64,000 nt of DNA from Eledone cirrhosa (Eukaryota). The translations under genes and the position numbers were made by a program. The notes beneath the pieces were generated by a model. It worked only from the letters and a program-made list of their open reading frames with translations, did not search any database and had not been told where the DNA came from. This document shows positions 13,028-24,455 of the stretch, piece after piece (position 1 is the first letter of the stretch; each line of letters starts with the position of its first letter). The stretch spans positions 21,452,001 through 21,516,000 of the forward strand of contig OZ024749.1 in NCBI GenBank assembly GCA_964016885.1. Reading direction: 5' to 3'.

Positions 13028-13060
<33 letters not shown>
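12995..13060 (+). repeat. Regular alternation of TTTAGGG and TTAGGG (13-bp period)
   Basis: ttaggg tttaggg ttaggg tttaggg... is read directly. Homologues lie near 8850, 22050, 31140, 40155, 47285, 52750 and 58645. Confidence 0.88.
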
Positions 13061-13142
13061 TAGGTTTAGGGTTAGAGTTAGGGTTAGGGTTTGGGTTAGT
13101 GTTAGTGTTACGGTTAGTGTTACGGTTAGAGTTAGGGTTTGC

Positions 13143-13173
<31 letters not shown>

Positions 13174-13501
13174 ATTAGTGTTAGGGTTACGTTTTTTCCT
13201 TTCTTCGATTTTCTCATTTTTCGATTCACTTTTTCGATTTTTCGAATTTTTCGATTTTTTCATTTTATCATTTATTGATTTTTGAGGGTTAGGGTTAGGG
13301 TTAGTGTTAGGGTTTAGGGTTAGGGTTTAGGCTTAGGGTTTAGGGTTAGGGTTAGGGTTAGGGTTTAGGGTTAGTGTTAGGGTTAAGGTTTGGGTTAGTA
13401 TTTAGGGTTAGTGTTAGGGTTAGGGTTAATTTTTTTCTTCGATTTCTTCAATTTTTCGATTTTTTAGATTTTTTCATGATTTCAATTTTAAAATTTTTTT
13501 T

Positions 13502-13572
13502 CATTTTTTCATTTTTTCATTTTTTCATTTTTTCATTTTTTCATTTTTTCATTTTTTCATTTTTTCATTTTT
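13502..13572 (+). repeat. Pure (CATTTTTT)n 8-bp microsatellite, variable in copy number between HOR copies
   Basis: CA recurs at an exact 8-bp spacing from 13502 to 13566. Homologous tracts start at ~22554, ~31646, ~40649 and ~41630. Confidence 0.9.
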
Positions 13573-14550
13573 CCCTTTTTTCAATTTTTTAGCGTTCGGG
13601 TTAGGGCTATGGTCAGGGTTAGTGTTTCGGGTTTAGGGTTTAGGGTTTGGGTTAGGTTTAGGTTTAGTGTTAGGGTTAGGGTTAGGGTAAGGGTTAGGGT
13701 TTAGGAATTAGGGTTTAGGTTCAGGGTTAGGGTTAGTGTTAGTGTTGCGGTTAGAGTTAGGTTTAGGGTTAGGGTTAGGATTACGTTTTTTCCTTTCGAT
13801 TTTTTCATTTTTCGATTTCTTCATTTTTTTCGATTTTTCGAATTTTTTAGATTTTTTCATTTTTTAATTTTTTTGATTTTTGAGGGTTAGGTTTAGGGGT
13901 AGGGTTAGGGTTTAGGGTTAGGGTTTAGGGTAAGTGTTAGGGTTTAGGGTTAGTGTTAGGGTTAAGGTTAGGGTTAAGATTAGGTTTATGGTTAAGTTTA
14001 TGGTTAGGGTTAGGGTTAGTGTTTAGGGTTTTGGGTTTAGGGTTGGGGTTAGGGGTAGCGTTAAGTTTACGGTTAGGGTTAGCGTTAGGGTTAGGGGTAT
14101 GGTTGGAGTTAGTGTTTAGGGTTTAGGGTTTAGGGTTATGGTTAGGGTTAGGGTTAGGTTTAGTGTTAGGGTTAGGGCTAGGGTTTAGGATTTAGTGTTT
14201 AGGGTTAGGGTTAGGGTTAAGGTTAGGGTTAGTGTTAGGGTTAGGGTTAGGGTTAGGGTTTTTTCGATTTTTCATTTTTTCGATTTTTTGATTTATTCAT
14301 TTTTTCGAATTTTATTGTTTGATTTTTTCACTTTTTCTATTTTTCGATATCTTCATTTTTTCGAATTTTCGATTTTTTTAGATTTTTTCATTTTATCTTT
14401 TTTACGATTTTTGAGGGTTAGGGTTTAGGTTTAGGGTTTAGGGTTAATGTTAGGGTTATGGTTAGGGTTATGGTTAGGCTTACGGTTAGGGGTAGGGTTT
14501 GTGTTTAGGGTTTAGGGTTTAGGGTTAGCGTTAGTGTTAGGGTTTGGTTT

Positions 14551-15360
14551 AGATTTAGCGTTAGGGTTAGGGTTAGGGTTATTGTTAGGGTTAGGTTTAG
14601 TGTTAGGGTTAGGGTTTATGGTTAGGGTTAGGGTTAGGGTTAGGGTTAGCGTTAGTGTTAGGTTTACGGTTATGGTTAGGGGTAGGGTTTGTGTTTAGGG
14701 TTAGGGTTAGGGTTAGGGTTAGGGTTAGGGTTAGGGGTAGGGTTAGCGTTAATGTTAGGGTTAGGGTTAGATTTAGCGTTAGGGTTAGGGTTAGGTTTAG
14801 GGTTAGGGTTAGGTTTAGTGTTAGGGTTAGGGTTTAGTGTTATGGTTAGGGTTAGGGTTAGCGTTAGGGTTAGTTGTAGGATTAGCGTTAAGGTTAGGGT
14901 TAGGTTTAGCGTTAGTGTTACGGTTAGAGTTAGGGTTAGGATTTAGGGAAAGGGTTAGGGTTAGGGTTAGGGTGAGGTTTTATTCATTTTTTCTATTTTT
15001 TCATTTTTCGATTTCTTCATTTTTCTATTTTTCGATTTTTTTGATTTTTTCATTCTTTCATTTTTTCAACTTTTTCTATTTTTTCGATTTTTAGGGTTAG
15101 GGTTAGGGTAAGGGTTAGTGTTAGGGTTAGGGTTTTTTCGATTTTTCATTTTTTCGATTTTTTGATTTTTTCATTTATTCGAATTTTTCATTTTTTTCGA
15201 ATTTTATATTTTTTTGATTTTTTCACTTTTTCTATTTTTCGATTTTTTTCGAGTTTTCGATTTTTTCGATTCTTTCATTTTTTCATTTTCTCAATTTTTT
15301 AGCGTTAGGGTTTGGGGTTAGGATTAGGTTTAGGGTTAGTGTTAGTGTTACGGTTGGAGA

Positions 15361-15395
<35 letters not shown>

Positions 15396-17483
15396 ATTAA
15401 TTTTTTAAATTTTTTCGATTTTTTAAATTTTTCGATTTTTTCATTTTTCGATTTCTACATTTTTCTACTTTTCGATTTTTTTGGATTTTTTCATTCTTTA
15501 ATTTTTTCAATTTTTTCGATTTTTTCGATTTTTAGAGTTAGTGTTAGGGTTAGGGTTAGGGCTAGGGTTAATGTTTTTTCGATTTTTCGTTTTTTCGATT
15601 TTTTCATTCTTTCATTTTTTTCGAATTTTTTTTTGATTTTTTCACTTTTTCTATTTTTCGATTTTTTCGATTTTTTCATTTTTTCATTTTCTCAATTTTT
15701 TAGCGTTAGGGTTTTGGGTAGGGTTATCGTTAAGGTTAGCGTTAGGGTTTAGGGTTAGGATTAGGGTTAGGGTTAGTGTTCGTGTTACGGTTATAGTTAG
15801 GGTTAGGGGTAGGGGTAAGTTTAGGGTTAGGGTTAGGGTTAGCGTTAGTGTTAGGGTTAGGGTTATGGTTAGGGGTAGGGTTAGCGTTAAGGTTAGGGTT
15901 AGGTTTAGGGTTACGTTTTTTCCTTTTTTCGAATTTTTCATTTTTTGATTTCGTTGAGGGTTAGGGTTTAGGGTTAATGTTAGGGTTAAAGTTAGGGTTA
16001 TAGTTAGGGTTACGGTTAGGGGTAGGGTTTGTGTTTAGGGTTAGGGTTAGGGTTAGGGGTAGGATTAACGTTAATGTTAGTGTTAGGTTTAGATTTAGGG
16101 TTATGGTTAGGGTTAAGGTTAGTGTTTAGGGTTAGGGTTAGGGTTAGGGTTAGGGTTAGCGTTAGGGTTAGGGTTAGGGTTAGGTTTAGATTTAAGGTTT
16201 TTTCATTTTTCGGATTTTTTAAATTTTTCGTTTTTTTCGATTTTTTCGATTTTTTCATTGTTCCCTTTTTGGGATTTTTCGATTTTTTCGATTTTTTCAA
16301 TTTTTTAGGGTTAGGCTTAGGGGTATGGTTAGGGTTACTGTTTAGGGTTTAGGGTTTAGGGGTAGGGTTAGGGTTAGGTTTAGGGTTACGGTTAGGGCTC
16401 AGTATTTAGGGTTTAGGTTAAGGATTAGTGTGAGGATTAGGGTTAGGGTTAGTGTTAGTGTTACGGTTATAGTCAGTCTTAGGGTTAAGGTTTATGGTTA
16501 GGGTTAGGGTTAGGGGTAGGGTTTGTGTTTAGGGTTTAGGGTTTAGGGTTAGCGTTAGTGTTAGGGTTACTGTTACGGTTAGGGTTTGTGTTTAGGGTTT
16601 AGGGTTTAGGGTTAGCGTTAGGGTGATGGTTAGAGTTAGGTTTTGGGGTAGGGTTAGCGTTAATGTTAGGGTTAGATTTAGCGTTAGGGTTAGGGTTAGG
16701 GTTATGGTTAGGGTTAGGGTTAGGGTTAGGGTAGGATTAGCGTTAAGGTTAGGGTTAGGGTTAGGGTTAGGGTAGGATTAGCGTTAAGGTTAGGGTTAGT
16801 GTTAGGGTTAGGGTTAGGGTTAGGATTTTTTCGATTTTTCGTTTTTTCGATTTTTTGATTTTTTCGTTTTTTCGAATTTTTCATTTTTTTCGAATTTTTT
16901 TTTTGATTTTTTCACTTTTTCTATTTTTAGATTTTTTCGATTTCTTCATTTTTTCAATTTCTCAATTTTTTAGCGTTAGGGTTTTGGGTAGTGTTATCGT
17001 TAAGTTTAGGGTTAGGGTTAGGTTTAGCGTCAGGGTTTAGGGTTAGGATCAGGGTTAGAGTTAGTGTTAGTGTTATGGTTAGAGTTAGGGTTAGGGTTAG
17101 GGTTAGGGTTAATGTTTAGGATTTACGGTTTAGGGTTAGGGTTAGGGGTAGGAGTAAGTTTAGGGTTAGGGTTAGGATTAGGGTTAGCGTTAGGCTTAGG
17201 TTTAGGGTTATGGTTAGGGGTAGGGTTAGCGTTAAGGTTAGTGTTATGTTTAGAGTTACGTTTTTTCCTTTTTTCGAATTTTTCATTTTTTGATTTCTTC
17301 ATTTTTTCGACCTTTCGATTTTTTTCGATTTTTTCATTTTTTCATTTTTTCGATTTTTGAGGGTTAGGGTTAGGGTTTAGGGTTAGCGTTAGGGTTAGGG
17401 TTAGGTTTAGGGGTAGGATTAGCGTTAATGTTAGTGTTAGGGTTAGATTTAGCATTAGGGTTAGGGTTAGGGTTAGGTTTAGT

Positions 17484-17519
<36 letters not shown>

Positions 17520-20500
17520 GGTTAGTTTTAGGGTTAGTGTTAGGTTTAGAGTTAAGGTTTTTTCATTTTTTCGATTTTTTCAATTATTCGACTTTTTCGA
17601 TTTTTTCATTTCATTATAAAAATCTTTTTCGATTTTTTCATTTTTCCCTTTTTCAATTTTTTCGAATTTTTCAATTTTTTAGAGTTAGGGTTAGGGGTAT
17701 GGTTAGGGTTACTGTTTAGGGTTTAGGGTTTAGGGTTATGGTTAGGGTTATGGTTAGGGTTATGGTTAGGGTTTAGGTTAAGGATTAGTGTTAGGATTAG
17801 GGTTAGTGTTAGTGTTACGGTTAGAGTCAGTCTTAGGGTTAGGGTTTAGGGTTAGGGTTAGAGTTAGGGTTACGTTTTTACCTTTTTTCGATTTTTGAGG
17901 GTTAGGGTTAGGGTTAGGATTAGGGTTAGGGTTTAGGCTTAGGGTTTAGGGTTAGGGTTTAGGGTTAGGGTTTATGGTTAGGGTTTAGGGTTAGGGTTAG
18001 GGTTTAGATTTAGGGTTAGAGTTAGGGTTAGGGTTAGGGTTAGTGTTAGTGTTACGGTTAGTGTTACGGTTAGAGTTAGGGTTTGGGTTAGTGTTAGGGT
18101 TTAGGGTTAGGGTTAGGATTAGTGTTAGGGTTACGTTTTTTCCTTTCTTCGATTTTTTCATTTTTCGATTCACTTTTTCGATTTTATCATTTCATCATTT
18201 ATTGATTTTTAAGGGTTAGGGTTAGGGTTAGTGTTAGGGTTAAGGTTTAGGGTTTAGGCTTAGGGTTTAGGGTTAGGGTTAGGGTTAGGGTTTAGGGTTA
18301 GTGTTAGGGTTAAGGTTAGGGTTAGGATTTAGGGTTAGTGTTAGGGTTAGGGTTAATTTTTTTTTCGATTTCTTCAATTTTTCGATTTTTTAGATTTTTT
18401 CATTATTTCAATTTTAAAATTTTTCATTTTTTCATTTTTTCATTTTTTCATTTTTCCCTTTTTTCAATTTTTTAGCGTTCGGGTTAGGGCTATGGTCAGG
18501 GTTAGTGTTTCGGGTTTAGGGTTTAGGGTTTGGGTTAGGGTTAGGTTTAGTGTTAGGGTTAGGGTTAGGGTTAGTGTTAGTGTTGCGGTTAGAGTTAGGT
18601 TTAGGGTTAGGGTTAGGATTACGTTTTTTCCTTTCGATTTTTTCATTTTTCGATTTCTTCATTTTTTTCGATTTTTCGAATTTTTTAGATTTTTTCATTT
18701 TTTCATTTTTTCGACTTTTGAGGGTTAGGTTTAGGGGTAGGGTTAGGGTTTAGGGTTAGGGTTTAGGGTTAGTGTTAGGGTTTAGGGTTAGTGTTAGGGT
18801 TACGGTTAGGGTTAAGATTAGGGTTATGGTTAAGTTTAAGGTTAGGGTTAGGGTTAGTGTTTAGGGTTTGGGGTTTAGGGTTAGGGTTAGGGGTAGCGTT
18901 AAGTTTACGGTTAGCGTTAGCGTTAGGGTTAGGGTTAGGCTTAGGGTTAGGGGTAGGGTTAGCGTCAGGGTTAGGGTTATGGTTAGGTTTAGCGTTAGGA
19001 TTAGGGTTAGGGTTAAGTGTAGGGTTAAAGTTTTTTCATTTTTTCGATTTTTTCAATTTTTTTAGCGTTAGGCTTAGGGGTATGGTTGGGGTTAGTGTTT
19101 AGGGTTTAGGGTTATGGTTAGGGTTAGGGTTAGGGTTAGGTTTAGTGTTAGGGTTAGGGTTAGGGTTTAGGATTTAGTGTTTAGGGTTAGGGTTAGGGTT
19201 AGGGTTAGGGTTAGGGTTTAGGGTAAGGGTTAGTGTCAGGGTTAGGTTTTTTTCATTTATTCGATTTTTTCATTTTTCGATTTCTTCATTTTTCGATTTT
19301 TCGATTTTTTTTGATTTTTTCATTCTTTAATTTTTTCAATTTTTTCGATTTTTTTCGATTTTTAGAGTTAGGGTTAGGGTTAGGGTTTTTTCGATATTTC
19401 ATTTTTTCGATTTTTTGATTTTTTGATTTTTTCGAATTTTATTGTTTGATTTTTTCACTTTTTCTATATTTCGATATCCTCATTTTTTCGACTTTTCGAT
19501 TTTTTTAGATTTTTTCATTTTATCTTTTTTACGATTTTTGAGGGTTAGGGTTTAGGTTTAGAGTTTAGGGTTAATGTTAGGGTTAAGGTTAGGGTTATGG
19601 TTAGGCTTACGGTTAGGGGTAGGCTTTGTGTTTAGGGTTTAGGGTTTAGGGTTAGCGTTAGTGTTAGGGTTACGGTTACGGTTAGGGTTAGGGTTTGTGT
19701 TTAGGGTTTAGGGTTTAGGGTTAGCGTTAGGGTTAGGGTTAGGGTTAGGTTTAGGGGTAGGGTTAGCGTTAATGTTAGGGTTAGGGATATATTTAGCGTT
19801 AGGGTTAGGGTTAGTGTTATGGTTAGGGTTAGGGTTACGGTTACGGTAGGATTAGCGTTAAGGTTAGGGTTAGGGTTAGGTTTAGCGTTAGGGTTAGGGT
19901 TAGGGTTAATTTTTTTATTTTTTCGATTTTTTCAATTTTTCTATTTTTTCATTTTTCGATTTCTTCATTTTTCTATTTTTCGATTTTTTTTGATTTTTTC
20001 ATTCTTTAATTTTTTCAATTTTTTCGATTTTTTCGATTTTTAGAGTTAGGGTTAGGGTTAGGGTTAGGGTTTTTTCAATTTTTCATTTTTTCGATTTTTT
20101 GATTTATTCATTTTTTCGAATTTTCTTGTGATTTTTTCACTTTTTCTATTTTTCGATATCTTCATTTTTTCGACTTTTCGATTTTTTTAGATTTTTTCAT
20201 TTTATCTTTTTTACGATTTTTGAGGGTTAGGGTTTAGGTTTAGGGTTTAGCGTTAATGTTAGGGTTATGGTTAGGGTTATGGTTAGGCTTACGGTTAGGG
20301 GTAGGGTTTGTGTTTAGGGTTTAGGGTTTAGGGTTAGCGTTAGTGTTAGGGTTACGGTTACGGTTAGGGTTAGGGTTTGTGTTTAGGGTATAGGGTTTAG
20401 GGTTAGCGCTAGGGTTAGAGTTAGGGTTAGGTTTAGGGGTAGGGTTAGCGTTAATGTTAGGGTTAGGGATATATTTAGCGTTAGGGTTAGGATTAGTGTT

Positions 20501-22079
20501 ATGGTTAGGGTTAGGGTTACGGTAGGATTAGCGTTAAGGTTAGGGTTATGGTTAGGTTTAGCGTTAGGGTTAGGGTTAGGGTTAATTTTTTTTATTTTTT
20601 CGATTTTTTCAATTTTTCGATTTTTTCATTTTTCGATTTCTTCATTTTTCTATTTTTCGATTTTTTTTGGATTTTTTCATTCTTTAATTTTTTCAATTTT
20701 TTCGATTTTTTCGATCTTTAGAGTTAGTGTTAGGGTTAGGGTTAGGTTTAGGTTTTTTTCGATTTTTCATTTTTTCGATTTTTTCATTTTTTCATTTTTT
20801 CGAATTTTTCATTTTTTGCGAATTTTTTTTTTTGATTTTTTCATTTTTTCAATTTCTCAATTTTTTAGCGTTAGGGTTTTGGGTAGGGTTATCGTTAAGT
20901 TTAGGGTTAGGGTTAGGGTTAGCGTCAGGGTTCAGGGTTAGGATTAGGGTTAGGGTTAGTGTTAGTGTTACAGTTAGAGTTAGGGTTAGGGTTAGGGTTA
21001 GAGGTAGGGGTAAGTTTAGGGTTAGGGTTAGGATTAGGCTTAGCGTTAGGGTTATGGTTAGGGGTAGGGTTAGCGTTAAGGTTAGTGTTAGGTTTAGGGT
21101 TACGTTTTTTCCTTTTTTCGAATTTTTCATTTTTTGATTTCTTCAATTTTTCGACTTCGATTTTTTTAGATTTTTTCATTTTTTCATTTTTTCGATTTTT
21201 GAGGGTTTGGGTTTAGGGTTTAGGGTTAATGTTAGGGTTAATGTTAGGGTTATGGTTAGGGTTACGGTTAGGGGTAGGGTTTGTGTTTAGGGTTTAGGGT
21301 TTAGGGTTAGCGTTAGGGTTAGGGTTAGGGTTAGGGGTAGGATTAGCGTTAATGTTAGGGTTATGGTTAGATTTAGCGTTAGGGTTAGGGTTAGGGTTAG
21401 GTTTAGTGTTAGGTTTAGGGTTTAGGGTTAGGGTTAGGGTTAGCGTTAGCGTTAGGGTTAGGGTTAGCGTTAGGGGTAGGGTTAGCGTTAATGTTAGGGT
21501 TAGGGTTAGGTTTAGCGTTAGGGTTAGTTTTAGGGTTAGTGTTAGTATTATAGTTAAGGTTTTTTCATTTTTTCCATTTTTTCAATTTTTCGACTTTTTC
21601 GATTTTTTCATTTCATTATAAAAAATTATTTCGATTTTTTTCATTTTTCCCTTTTTGAAATTTTTCGATTTTTTTCGATTTTTTCAATTTTTTAGAGTTA
21701 GGGTTAGGGGTATGGTTAGGGTTACTGTTTAGGGTTTAGGGTTTAGGGTTATGGTTAGGGTTAGGGTTAGGGTTACGGTTAGGGTTTAGTATTTAGGGTT
21801 TAGGTTAAGGATTAGTGTTAGGATTAGGGTTAGGGTTAGTGTTAGTGTTACGGTTAGAGTCAGGCTTAGGGTTAGGGTTTAGGGTTAGGGTTAGAGTTAG
21901 GGTTACGTTTTTTCCTTTTTTCGATTTTTTCATTTTTCGATTTCTTTATTTTGTCGATTTTTCGATTTTTCGATTTTTTTATTTTTTCATTTTTTTCGAT
22001 TTTTGAGGGTTAGGGTTAGGGTTAGGATTAGGGTTAGGGTTTAGGCTTAGGGTTTAGGGTTAGGGTTTAGGGTTAGGGT

Positions 22080-22112
<33 letters not shown>

Positions 22113-22194
22113 TAGGTTTAGGGTTAGAGTTAGGGTTAGGGTTTGGGTTAGTGTTAGTGTTACGGTTAGTGTTACGGTTAGAGTTAGGGTTTGC

Positions 22195-22225
<31 letters not shown>

Positions 22226-23610
22226 ATTAGTGTTAGGGTTACGTTTTTTCCTTTCTTCGATTTTCTCATTTTTCGATTCACTTTTTCGATTTTTCGAATT
22301 TTTCGATTTTTTCATTTTATCATTTATTGATTTTTGAGGGTTAGGGTTAGGGTTAGTGTTAGGGTTTAGGGTTAGGGTTTAGGCTTAGGGTTTAGGGTTA
22401 GGGTTAGGGTTAGGGTTTAGGGTTAGTGTTAGGGTTAAGGTTTGGGTTAGTATTTAGGGTTAGTGTTAGGGTTAGGGTTAATTTTTTTCTTCGATTTCTT
22501 CAATTTTTCGATTTTTTAGATTTTTTCATGATTTCAATTTTAAAATTTTTTTTCATTTTTTCATTTTTTCATTTTTTCATTTTTTCATTTTTTCATTTTT
22601 TCATTTTTTCATTTTTTCATTTTTTCATTTTTCCCTTTTTTCAATTTTTTAGCGTTCGGGTTAGGGCTATGGTCAGGGTTAGTGTTTCGGGTTTAGGGTT
22701 TAGGGTTTGGGTTAGGTTTAGGTTTAGTGTTAGGGTTAGGGTTAGGGTAAGGGTTAGGGTTTAGGAATTAGGGTTTAGGTTCAGGGTTAGGGTTAGTGTT
22801 AGTGTTGCGGTTAGAGTTAGGTTTAGGGTTAGGGTTAGGATTACGTTTTTTCCTTTCGATTTTTTCATTTTTCGATTTCTTCATTTTTTTCGATTTTTCG
22901 AATTTTTTAGATTTTTTCATTTTTTAATTTTTTTGATTTTTGAGGGTTAGGTTTAGGGGTAGGGTTAGGGTTTAGGGTTAGGGTTTAGGGTAAGTGTTAG
23001 GGTTTAGGGTTAGTGTTAGGGTTAAGGTTAGGGTTAAGATTAGGTTTATGGTTAAGTTTATGGTTAGGGTTAGGGTTAGTGTTTAGGGTTTTGGGTTTAG
23101 GGTTGGGGTTAGGGGTAGCGTTAAGTTTACGGTTAGGGTTAGCGTTAGGGTTAGGGGTATGGTTGGAGTTAGTGTTTAGGGTTTAGGGTTTAGGGTTATG
23201 GTTAGGGTTAGGGTTAGGTTTAGTGTTAGGGTTAGGGCTAGGGTTTAGGATTTAGTGTTTAGGGTTAGGGTTAGGGTTAAGGTTAGGGTTAGTGTTAGGG
23301 TTAGGGTTAGGGTTAGGGTTTTTTCGATTTTTCATTTTTTCGATTTTTTGATTTATTCATTTTTTCGAATTTTATTGTTTGATTTTTTCACTTTTTCTAT
23401 TTTTCGATATCTTCATTTTTTCGAATTTTCGATTTTTTTAGATTTTTTCATTTTATCTTTTTTACGATTTTTGAGGGTTAGGGTTTAGGTTTAGGGTTTA
23501 GGGTTAATGTTAGGGTTATGGTTAGGGTTATGGTTAGGCTTACGGTTAGGGGTAGGGTTTGTGTTTAGGGTTTAGGGTTTAGGGTTAGCGTTAGTGTTAG
23601 GGTTTGGTTT
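14551..23610 (+). repeat. ~9.06 kb higher-order repeat, copy 2 (9,060 bp; about 27 G/T modules by manual count)
   Basis: Marker order matches copy 1. ORFs at 11437/20501, 12300/21352 and 12763/21815 recur at ~9.05-9.06 kb. Confidence 0.94.
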
Positions 23611-24420
23611 AGATTTAGCGTTAGGGTTAGGGTTAGGGTTATTGTTAGGGTTAGGTTTAGTGTTAGGGTTAGGGTTTATGGTTAGGGTTAGGGTTAGGGT
23701 TAGGGTTAGCGTTAGTGTTAGGTTTACGGTTATGGTTAGGGGTAGGGTTTGTGTTTAGGGTTAGGGTTAGGGTTAGGGTTAGGGTTAGGGTTAGGGGTAG
23801 GGTTAGCGTTAATGTTAGGGTTAGGGTTAGATTTAGCGTTAGGGTTAGGGTTAGGTTTAGGGTTAGGGTTAGGTTTAGTGTTAGGGTTAGGGTTTAGTGT
23901 TATGGTTAGGGTTAGGGTTAGCGTTAGGGTTAGTTGTAGGATTAGCGTTAAGGTTAGGGTTAGGTTTAGCGTTAGTGTTACGGTTAGAGTTAGGGTTAGG
24001 GTTTAGGGAAAGGGTTAGGGTTAGGGTTAGGGTGAGGTTTTATTCATTTTTTCTATTTTTTCATTTTTCGATTTCTTCATTTTTCTATTTTTCGATTTTT
24101 TTGATTTTTTCATTCTTTCATTTTTTCAACTTTTTCTATTTTTTCGATTTTTAGGGTTAGGGTTAGGGTAAGGGTTAGTGTTAGGGTTAGGGTTTTTTCG
24201 ATTATTCATTTTTTCGATTTTTTGATTTTTTCATTTATTCGAATTTTTCATTTTTTTCGAATTTTATATTTTTTTGATTTTTTCACTTTTTCTATTTTTC
24301 GATTTTTTTCGAGTTTTCGATTTTTTCGATTCTTTCATTTTTTCATTTTCTCAATTTTTTAGCGTTAGGGTTTGGGGTTAGGATTAGGTTTAGGGTTAGT
24401 GTTAGTGTTACGGTTGGAGA

Positions 24421-24455
<35 letters not shown>

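Larger units (their letters stand above)
5468..14550 (+). repeat. ~9.06 kb higher-order repeat, copy 1 (9,083 bp)
   Basis: The once-per-unit marker gggaaagggttag occurs at 5863, 14946, 24006 and 33064. The phase anchor agatttagcg...ttattgttag occurs at 5468, 14551, 23611 and 32675. The ORF track recurs at 5606/14689/23749/32813. Confidence 0.93.

Noticed and set aside
5468-14550. Telomere-targeting retrotransposon (SART/TRAS, HeT-A/TART, Penelope-like) or Y'-like element as the 9-kb unit
   Set aside because: The unit contains no complex sequence, RT/helicase ORF, LTR/TIR or target-site duplication. T-blocks are punctuated 8-9-mers, not poly(A) tails.
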